A stretch of DNA of 64,000 nucleotides. Origin: Takakia lepidozioides. Its lineage: Eukaryota > Plantae > Bryophyta. Positions within the stretch are counted from its first letter, which is position 1, and each line of letters begins with the position of its first letter. The position numbers and the translations under genes are program-made. The notes beneath the pieces were generated by a model, which was not told the origin of the DNA, ran no database searches, and was given only the letters and a program-made list of their open reading frames with translations. The stretch covers positions 23,312,001 to 23,376,000 of the forward strand of contig CM060731.1 of NCBI GenBank assembly GCA_030704615.1, written 5' to 3'. Positions 50,826 through 61,026 of the stretch are shown here, in pieces.

Positions 50826-52448
50826 TGGGCTCTACACGATGAGGAACAAGGAACATGTCCAGACTTACACAGATGCTAACCCAGCTTATGTTTGCAGTCT
50901 GGAGATTGTATAGTGGTCTCTGAAAACGACCAGGGAGGAAGGCGCTAAAGAGTCTTTTACCCTGGGTCTTGCCAATTAACCCTTAAACGACGATGCTACC
51001 CATTTCGGGTCGCGACATTTTCCATCCCCGGCATAGGTTCCGTGGATGCAATCGGATGAAGGCAGAAATCAGGTTGTAGAGAGAAAAGCGCCCGTGCTGA
51101 TGTCGGAAGTCAGATAAGTAATCTTCTACCGGTCTGTGAAAACACTAGTGTACAGCTGAGCACCGATACCTTTAGCCACAGCCTCCCCCGGACCGGCCTA
51201 CCACCACCGAAGCTTGGTAATAAGTTTCAAATAACAGGTCACAACTACAAGCAAACAAACTTCAATTCTACCTAAACTGATCCAACAATACAAACAACCT
51301 GCAAAGCTGTGACAGAAATGTGTCTTATTTGTCATTAATCAAAAGCAGTTGGACACATCATGGTCCATCATACCAGCTTCACTCAGAGAGACACCGATAC
51401 CCTGCATATCCAAGAAGTCGAAGGAGGACAAGGGTGTCCATTGTCCATTCCACTCAAGCATATGACCAAGAAATGAAATTCAACCAAAATACCCGTAGAT
51501 TTGGCTACGACAATGGAAGGGACAAGGGACCCACAAAATTTCGTAAAGACTTCACATACCTTTCTTCGGTGTCCCTTGAGGAGGCCGCATAGCCCATAAC
51601 GAATACCCGGCTTTGTCCGTCCCCGCTTCACAGTTCGAGCCATGTATCTGCTGCGATGGCAGACCTTCCGTCCAAGGAAAAGACGGCCTGGGTATGGCCT
51701 CTCCATCCCCGTCCTGTTAGCAACTAATTCTACCTGCCATCGTCCGTTACTGTTGAACCCTTCGTGTCACTTGCTACAGTTGTTGCATCCATCCCTACGA
51801 TCTGGTCGTATGTATACATGGGTCCGATCCACGTGATCTTTCTTTGCGAAGATATTATTCATTCTTCTCATGGAACGATTGAGTGACGGGATATCCAAAT
51901 TCCCTTCTGTCGAAATGCATTCCACGAATGCCCAAGAGATGCGGGGATACATTGGTAACGGTGTCCACGACGTCGTGCATCGTGTCATGCATCACCTGCA
52001 CTTTCTCTCTCTCTCTTCTTGGCCTTTACTTTCTTTTTTTCCTTTTCCCTCCGTATGAGTGCTGAGCTACCACAGCTTTCTACTGCTTCTCTCCTCTTCC
52101 CCTTCTGGCCGAGGCTGCTGAACCCAATTCCAACGTAATGCTGGTTCAGAAGAAACTCCAATTTCTAAACAAACTAATGTGGTTTCTTTTATCGCTTCTC
52201 ATTTGTCGGGGGCACTGGGATGCAACTATTTGATTGTCTGCTAAGTAAGATCGAGCTACCAAGCACCAGCTGCCATGCTCGTCCTCATGATCAAGGTTGA
52301 TCCGTGGAAGATCGTGTAATGTAGGTGCTTGGTAGGGAGAGAGAGAGAAAGAAATCTTGCTCTTCTGGCTAGATCCCAGTCCTGTTTTCTAACTTTGTTC
52401 TACAAAACGCTTGTCTTAGCCCTTCAGATATTCATAACATCTGAGCTC

Positions 52449-54538
52449 ATGGCCAGGTTTGAAATGAGTAAGCTTCAGAGCTGGGATTCGATAGCATATT
52501 TCCTGCACAAGAGTTTTGTTGGACGAAAGACAGAAAAGGCGTACATGACATATGTGGCCCTGCTGATAGCTGTTCTCGTACTCTTTCAGTTTTTGGGTAA
52601 CGGGAAAAGCTGGGAAGGGTTTGGAGGATCCAAGCCCCATCGTGGAAGTAGTGCACGAACGCTCAACAGTGCAGAATTACTCCAATCAAACTCGGCAGCC
52701 CACTGGAAACAATCATTTAAAGGTCAGCTCCCGGTGACAGTATCTGTATGGATAGTTCATGCATAATGCAAAAGAATCCCAGAATTCTTGTTACATCCCT
52801 CCGTGCTCGGAAGCTCAAGATTTGTTGAATTGCTGTTGGTGGTGCAGGGCGTGCTCAACTGCTTCCGGGGGCCAACTCAAGAATTGCGAAGAAGAAGAAG
52901 GTCGCTACAGTGCAGAAGAGTATGACAATAGCTGCCGCATGCATAGGATCCAAAAAGGTAGCGGCTTCTTACGGTGCCGACGATGTTGACATCAAGAAAG
53001 TTAGGACAGAATGCTTCGACAGGGCCTTGGAGCAAGAGGAACGCGATGACTCAGATCAGGATACAACACATGGGGGTCAGAATGATCAGGAGGTAGGCCA
53101 GGGGCATAATCAACCTGGTAATGAATCTGTGCCAACTGAGACAATTGTTCTAAAGAAGGAGGTGGAAGTTGCTAACAGTTTCCTACCCCTCAAGAATCTT
53201 AGTGAGCCGGCACTGACCGACAAGGACACAAACTGGTTCATGAGCTCACTTCGCGGCATGCGTGAAGATAGGTTCGCAGAATCCTTCGACTTTCCCTCTA
53301 AGCAGTCAGAGGGAAGGCTTCTGTGTGTGCAAGGGACGGACACCCACGATGGCACAAAAAACAGGTACGGATTTTCTGATAAAGCGCATTTGCCTCCTGG
53401 GTCTACCCTCCTATCGGGCGTGACTTTGATTGCTGACAACTACTGGGACTACCAAAACCCTTGGCACAGCATGTCAGCCTTGCTAAACTTTGCTGCCTGG
53501 CGGACAGCGAATGAGTGCGTGAGGCCTGAACGTGTCGTTCTCTATCATTGGGGGGAGCTTGTTACAGGCATGGGATCCTGGATCACCAATGTGTTGCATG
53601 CAGCTCTGGGCAGGCACTTGGAGCCAGATCCTCTCACCTACGGAGACGGGCCAGTCTGTTTTGAGCGGGCGATTCTGCACCGCAGGGGGTTGGGAGGGAT
53701 ATCCCCACGGAACATGAATGACCTCTTTTCCGTCGTCCGTTGCAAAGTTCGCAAGTTTTGTGGGATCGCAGCAGGCAATGGCAATATCGCGTCCACAGTG
53801 AAAGGACAGTCAGTAGAAGTCACACTAGTTTCAAGATCAGGGGCAAGAGCTTTTTCCAATGCGTCGGCGGTAGCTGCCGTGGTGGAGGCTGAGTGTGAGA
53901 AGGTCCAAGGATGCCGTGCGCGAGTTCTCAATATTGGAGATCTCAGCTTTTGTGAACAGGTAAATCTACTGCTGAAGTACACATTTGGGTAGTTTTTCAA
54001 GGAGGGCAAGATGGGGGGATCAAAGCATTGATTTGCTTCAGTCAGGAACTAGCTCCATCCTGCATCACTCTCTCTAGAGATCTATCATCAAACTAATACG
54101 AACTGCATTGATGGAATGCAGGTGGGGTTAATGAGCAGCACTGATGTGCTGATAACTGCACACGGAGCGCAATTGACCAACATGATGTTCATGTCACCTG
54201 GAGGGGGCGTTATGGAAATGTATCCCAAAGGCTGGGAAGAGTTTGCTGGCGTGGGGCAATATATTTACAAATGGCTAGCCGACTGGACCCACATTGTTCA
54301 TGAAGGCGCCTGGCGTGATACAGAAGGACCCGTCTGCCCTTACCCATCCACTGAAGTATTGAAATGCTTGTTGTTCCACAAGGATATGGAAGTGGGCTTG
54401 AATGCTACTCATCTAGCTCAATGGACAGGAGAAGTTCTGCAGAGATTTCTGAAGAGAAAGGCTGAATTCCAACAGAAAGGAGTGAGCGGTGATGAATACC
54501 ACACTTGCCCTTGCGATAAGACAAATTCCTCAAGTTAG
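52449..54538 (+). CDS. Glycosyltransferase family 61 (DUF563) type II membrane protein, about 600 aa
   Basis: Exons 52449-52722, 52848-53959 and 54122-54538 total 1803 nt in frame. TM segment YVALLIAVLVLFQFL, NPWHSM, PVCFERA and EQV..TDVLITAHGAQLTNMMFM are present. Confidence 0.92.
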
Positions 54539-54940
54539 TGCTTGTGGTGAATCCCTGTGTAGAGAAAAGGGTCAAGCAAATTAGAACATAGAGCATAGGA
54601 TAAATAGAGGATAAACATTCTTTGGACCAAACCAACACATCTGTATGCTCGGCTGCAGCAGCCATGGCTGTTACTTTTGCAAATGATGTCCAAATAAAAG
54701 TGAAGACTTGATAGAGGGCATTTCATCTTGTTTGTAAGTGTGTGATATCAAATGTTTTCAAATGTTTGCTAAGCCCTCGAGAGATCCATCATTACTGACT
54801 TACCAAGTTCCTTGCCTCTCAGAGATCAAATAGATTACAATGCACTGTTATATTTTATAGCACAATTTCAAACACAATTGGGAATCTACAGCCTAGGAAC
54901 AAAAACTGATCCATCCTCAATTCATGAGCGCTACACTAGA

Positions 54941-54967
54941 TCACATTCCTTTGGCAAAATATTCCCC
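54941..54967 (-). CDS. Last codons of a second GDSL lipase copy that runs into the assembly gap
   Basis: GEYFAKGM* versus GEYFGKGM* at 33578-33602. The 3' flank 54815-54940 matches 33603-33760. Confidence 0.8.
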   Translation of the reverse strand, partial: GEYFAKGM

Positions 54968-55467
54968 NNNNNNNNNNNNNNNNNNNNNNNNNNNNNNNNN
55001 NNNNNNNNNNNNNNNNNNNNNNNNNNNNNNNNNNNNNNNNNNNNNNNNNNNNNNNNNNNNNNNNNNNNNNNNNNNNNNNNNNNNNNNNNNNNNNNNNNNN
55101 NNNNNNNNNNNNNNNNNNNNNNNNNNNNNNNNNNNNNNNNNNNNNNNNNNNNNNNNNNNNNNNNNNNNNNNNNNNNNNNNNNNNNNNNNNNNNNNNNNNN
55201 NNNNNNNNNNNNNNNNNNNNNNNNNNNNNNNNNNNNNNNNNNNNNNNNNNNNNNNNNNNNNNNNNNNNNNNNNNNNNNNNNNNNNNNNNNNNNNNNNNNN
55301 NNNNNNNNNNNNNNNNNNNNNNNNNNNNNNNNNNNNNNNNNNNNNNNNNNNNNNNNNNNNNNNNNNNNNNNNNNNNNNNNNNNNNNNNNNNNNNNNNNNN
55401 NNNNNNNNNNNNNNNNNNNNNNNNNNNNNNNNNNNNNNNNNNNNNNNNNNNNNNNNNNNNNNNNNNN
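54968..55467. other. Assembly gap
   Basis: Exactly 500 N, probably a placeholder length. Confidence 1.
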
Positions 55468-55469
55468 AG

Positions 55470-56440
55470 AGGTATAGAAAACATGGAATGGTCATTGTGA
55501 AAGTTACCGAGGTTTTCTTATTGAAGAAGAGGTGAAATAAAAGGCTGGGTGAGTCATCATGAATCTTACTGATGGATTCTTGCATGAACAAGAGGCAAGA
55601 AAAGTTTGGATGCTCATTGTCAAGCTATCTGACGTTTCCAGTATTTCATCCATGGTGGATGAATGATGGATGGATGAAATATTGAAGGAGAGGATTAAAA
55701 TAATGAGGATGGGCAAGAACAGGCCCCAAAATATGACCACTCATTGTGAAACAGGCAATGGTTTTTTTATAATGTAGATGAGGTGAAAATTTGACCGATG
55801 ACCATCTTCAAGCTTATTTAGGCTTTGTTTGTGAAGAAGAGGTGAAAAAAAAGTTGAACTCTATCATTGTCAAACTTCTTCAGGTTTCTATTATAGAAGA
55901 AGAGGTGAAAAAAAAACCAGATGGTCATCATGAATGCTTATTTAGGGAATAAATTAGGGATTGTTTGTGAAGAAGAGGTGAAAAAAAAACTTGAGCTCTA
56001 CCATTGTCAAACTTCTTAAGGTTTCTGTTATTGAAGAAGAGGTGAAAAAAAACCAGATGGTCATCATGAATGCTTATTTAGGGTTTCTTTGTGAAGAAGA
56101 GGTGAAAAAAATTGAGCTCTATCATTGTCAATCTTGTTCAGGTTTCTGTTGATGAAAAAAAGGTGAAAAAAAAATCAGATGGTCATCATGAATAAATTAG
56201 GGATTGTTTGTGAAGAAGAGGTGAAAAAAAAACTTGAGCTCTATCATTGTCAAACTTCTTCAAGTTTCTGTTATTGAAGAAGAGGTGAAAAAAAAATCAT
56301 ATGGTCATCATGAATGCTTATTTAGGGTTTGCTCGTATAGAGGGCGTGGAAAACAAATGAGCTGTCATTGTGAAACTTGTTCAGGTGCCTGTTATTCCAG
56401 ATGAAGTCGAAAAAAAAACAGATAGTCATCATGAAGCTCA
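55470..56440. repeat. Tandem about 60-bp repeats (about 120-bp dimer), probably transposon subterminal or satellite
   Basis: GAAGAAGAGGTGAAAAAAA recurs every 58-72 bp, followed alternately by ttgagctctatcattgtcaaac and cagatggtcatcatgaat. Confidence 0.85.
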
Positions 56441-56773
56441 TTTACGCAATGCTTCTGTAGAGGCCGTCAAAAAATAAAATGAGCTTTCATATTGACACTT
56501 GTCCATGTTTGGCAAGCCCGCGAACAAAACAAAGTTTTTTTTTTTTTTTTTTTGGTTTTGGTTTTTGCCCGATGAAATATTGGGGTGGGGGGCAGGAGTG
56601 GTGTGCGTTGACGTACTCAATTTTAGAGACAGGTTAACCAAACCCGATGAAAAAATAAACGACCTTTCAAAACGAGATATCGTCTGCTTGTCCAGTTTTA
56701 AGAGCTGTGTATACATGTTCTACCAACAAGGCAGCCCTTTCCGACATTGCGAAAAATCGCAACATATGCAACA

Positions 56774-59700
56774 CTACTTGATATTGCCAATGTCTCGCTG
56801 CAAAAGTGTCCGTACCTCACCAGGACCTAGTGTCGCCTGGTGAATGATTTGGTCTCTTTTGGGATCACAATACATCCTGCGCAAAAAGATGTAGTAAAGA
56901 TGCTTGCAGGGAACCCATTTCCCTCTATTTCCTAGAGCTTCCTCACGCATGCACACGAAGTCAGGACATGTACACCCCGGAAAATTTCCCATCGTCACCT
57001 GATAGGCCATGTCGTGCAAAACAGACCCAAATGTGACCAAAGTATAAACCCGTCCATACCCAGGTGAAGGTACTTCCATAGTTCCTGTTACTCGAGCCTG
57101 AAGTAGTCTGGCCGATTCCACCTTCGCATCGTGATTAGGCCCCGAAGCCACCCGATGCACTGTTTTGCCATTCCTTCTCGTGGGATGCGAAGTATCGTCT
57201 GGAGGAGGCACCATAGCAGCAAGGCCACCAAGAGTCGACGCCACAGATCGGTGCAGACGAAAGCCGGCGTCCTCCAACTTGCCAATCTCCAGTGCTGTTG
57301 GGGAGGTTCCCACCCGCACCGGCCAAATGGTTGGTGGGGGAGGCTTAGCAATGCATGAGTCGCGGACGGTACCATTCACACAGCGAGCCATATCGTCCGG
57401 GCAGAACCAGAATTTGTGCATCTTCGACTCCTTTGACATATATGGCCAAATCAAACCTATGAACGTCGGAGCTGGAGTACCCACCGAGCCTTTGGCTATC
57501 CTGGACTTACACTTTTCATAACTAATGGCCCTCACTGTAGCGCAGCCAAATCTAGACCCTAGAGTAGTTCGCTCGATGTGCCATTCAGAGTCAGCACAAG
57601 GTGACTCCTGCACTGCCCCCCTGTGGTCCTGCTGGAAACCCGCAATTACAGGGGTTGCAGGTAGCTCTATGGAAGAGGAAGCACCAGCAGCCTCTTTCCT
57701 ACTGGACGCCATGCTTTGTAGTGGAGAAATCTTGGGTACAGAGAAGTTGTCTCTGTCATGGCGATGTGAATCCCCATCTGATCCTGGAGGTGTATTTAGC
57801 TTGCGTTTGCAAGTCCCAAAACCTTCTCTCTTTTCCAGATGGGGCTTTCTTGATTGGAGAGGCGAGCCCATTGTGCACCTGTTCACTGCCTTTGCCATCT
57901 TCGTTGGATCCCCGGACCTTCTTGCAGCCCTCAGCATCAACTCTGCTGTATCTGGTCCCTTGCCCCCACATCGCCCCCTCAGGAAGTCACGATATCTTGT
58001 TTGCTGGGTTAGAGCTCGTACCAGATCATCTGTTATAGCAATGTACAGATCTCTTCCTGCTTTGCCAGATTGCTACTTCCAGGCGGCGTGAACGCTTTCT
58101 GCCAGGTTGCAGGACGGCATGTCCGCAATGTCCTCAAGGGACATGTCCTGTGAAAGGAAAATGAAAGAGCGTCATTCATGCAAGCGTGGACTGTTCTGGG
58201 AACAAGGAAAGAAACTGGGCACATACAAAGGATTGCAGAGGTGAAAGGCAGCTTACAGTAGTCATGAAAGCCCCCCATTGCCTGTATCTGAAGTGCCAAA
58301 AGACCAACCAGTCTTCCAATTCTTTGACACCATCCTGATTAGTAGCTCCTGATGAGAACCACCATGCTCTCACTGTCTGGTACATGGTCTCAGCCTCTTC
58401 CATTGTAGTCGCATTCTTGTACATGAAGCAGAGCCTCATATGCTCCGCCTGCAGATCTCTTCTGATGCACCTTCGTATGTTTCTGCAGGGACTGAGTCCA
58501 ATGGAATAGACATGTGCGCTCCCTATTAGGCATGGGTACCTTTGGATCACCAGATCCAAAAACTTGGCGCACAACGTTGAAGTTTAGCCTGTGCACTATC
58601 TGCCATAAACCCGTTGAAATTTATGCATGTATGTCCATTGGACTCCATGACTGAAAGCAAACAATTCCACATTATCATCTAGGACTCAGTAGCTTCAGAC
58701 TGCATGTCATAGATGGCAATTGTCATTATTCTTTGGTAGCTCGGGTCGTAAACATGGCAAGACATGGTTGTCCAGCCCTTCACTCGTTTGCAATGATCGA
58801 ACATCATCCAAGCTTTCTCCAGACCCCCCCCTTGTTGCATACGTCTGGCCAGGCTGACGCCACTGCCCTCGCCCACCGTAGACATCTTGAACAAGAAAAC
58901 CTTTGAAGACCCCTGACCCGGGAAGACGCTAGATTGGATAAAGTCATATTGACTTATGCGCTTGAGCTCCATAATGCTGTCGATGGACCCTGTGTTTCCA
59001 CCGTGCACTCTCAATGCATTCACCTGATTCCTAATATTGGGGGAGCTCAACACGGAGAAGTGATCCATCACTGCATCCAAAGACGCCCCCTCAAGTCTTG
59101 AGCTGCATTCGCTTCCTTGCCCAAGAATGTGCCTCTCTAGGAAACTTTTGCTGGCAGCCAGCGCTATGGCAGATGGTTTGGCTGAAGGGGACTATGCAAA
59201 CTCCTCCACGACAAGCCCACGCGCCAACTCCACACTATCTCTGCAATCGCCAAAATGAATGTAGGCTCGAGTCATGGTTTTGCAACGGTGAGTAACGTAG
59301 TACATGCGAGCAGGGCAATGTGCAATGCAGGAGGGGGCCACCTTGCAGAACTTACAAACAAATGTACTGGCAGACGGTGGGGCACAGCCTGGGATAAAAA
59401 GATTGTCAGAGAGTCCTTCCCACTCACTCTCATTTTTAGCACCGCTCTTCATGAAACACTGGCAACTTGCATTCACACATCTCAGATGCCCCACACAAAC
59501 GCTCCTTCTGAATGTCAAGTTTACATCGTTGTGGATATTGGACGTTTTGGTTCTGCACCATGGATGGCCATCATGCTTTTTATCCATTCTTTGCAAGAGA
59601 CCTGAGAGGCCCCCAGCACAAGTTGCTGGATTCAGCTCAAAGAGGATGTCACCGTTGAAGGAAGGTGGAAGGAAAGGAACCCTTTTTGTTGCGAATGAAT

Positions 59701-60780
59701 CCCGCAGTATCCCTGCGATCTCGTTTTTGGATCCTGGTTTTCCTGACAATGCTTTCAGATGTGGGATGACGCTAACGATTTCCTGAACATCGACGTCCCC
59801 TTCAGGAAGACTGTTCATGGGAGCCAGTATTTCTGCCAATTCATCATCTGAGGAATCCGACAGTGTCACAAAAGTTGTTGAAGTGGTGTCCTCCTGCTTC
59901 ACAATCACATGCCGCTTTCCTTGAATGACAGAGGCAGCTGTCCTAGGAGTGACAATGGAGCCACCGGATTGTCTCATTTCACTTCGGAACACACGATATT
60001 TTCCAGGAAGAACTCTCCATTCCTTGTGTTTCTCTGCAACGTGCGGTTTCTGGAACAACGTTCTTTGAACGTTTCCCTCCAAGTCATAGATCTTTTTATC
60101 GACAGTAACACAACCGATGTCAAGCTTGAACCTTGCTACCAGAACATGCTCCTCCACCACAGCAAAACCATTATCTTCAACCGCGGCACTGAAAGGGCAA
60201 GGCTCTTAAGTATCCTGAAACTCGGCGAAGGCCACGTCATTAGGAGAAACCATGTGGTGAACATACGATGGTGAGTACCAATACAACTGTGCGACATGGA
60301 CAGGTAAAAACCTTCCGGAGGCGATTGCCAAAACCCAAAAGTGTTTGCTAAGGCAAGAGGCAGTTGTACAACTGGCCCCCCACATTAACCAATAATTTGT
60401 GAGGGTATTGAACCACACCGCCAAAACAGTTGGGCGGTTGCCAAATTGATGGAGAAGGGAACAGAACTGTTTATTTTGTCAGTGTCACACCACCGGGAAA
60501 AGACGGCGTCGTCTTGGATATTGCAATCCAATTTGCGTTTTGCGGCGTTCCACAACGTGAACCCGGACAGTGCATTGAGTGCCGAACCTGGGAAATATCC
60601 GACGCCGGATGAACGCGGACATGGCGTTCCTGACGTTATGTATGTTTTCATTTTGAAGAAGGCAAAATCCGTGTATGATAGGGCGATGGCATGCCTCATG
60701 TGCGCAATATTTCATCCAAATCAGAAAACATCCACATTTGAAGAACTCGGCAATATTGATGGCATTAGGGGCGCCCAATA
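56774..60780 (-). mobile_element. Disrupted MULE-like transposase gene with a Cys/His DNA-binding domain and a C-terminal SWIM finger
   Basis: DGHPW..CVGHLRCVNASC..CKFC (GCM-like), WMMFDHCKRVKGWTT, FMADSAQA, TCLFHW (CxxH), NLAESVH and CTCPDF..CKHLYY (SWIM). Contains stops and frameshifts; the 5' limit is approximate. Confidence 0.8.
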
Positions 60781-61026
60781 AGCCGCAGCCAGTGAGATCA
60801 ATCCATTTGGGGGGTTATAGGGTAGACATGCACGTCCTTAACCACATGCATAACTGACGGCTTTACAGGGTTCCTTACTTTCACGATTGTTGTTAGTCAA
60901 GCTGGAGAGCTGCGGGAGTGAGAGAGAAGACATAGTAAGAAGACGTAGAAGGCAGTCCCTTTACTTCACGATCAGGAAAATGTAACTGTGGAATGATGGA
61001 AAGGCTGTAATTGTGGGAAGTGCAGG

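Noticed and set aside
54812-55591. Long ORFs in the ORF track
   Set aside because: Artefacts of translating the 500-N gap.
55470-56440. CRISPR-like array
   Set aside because: The intervening sequences are themselves repeated rather than unique spacers, the context is eukaryotic, and there are no cas genes.
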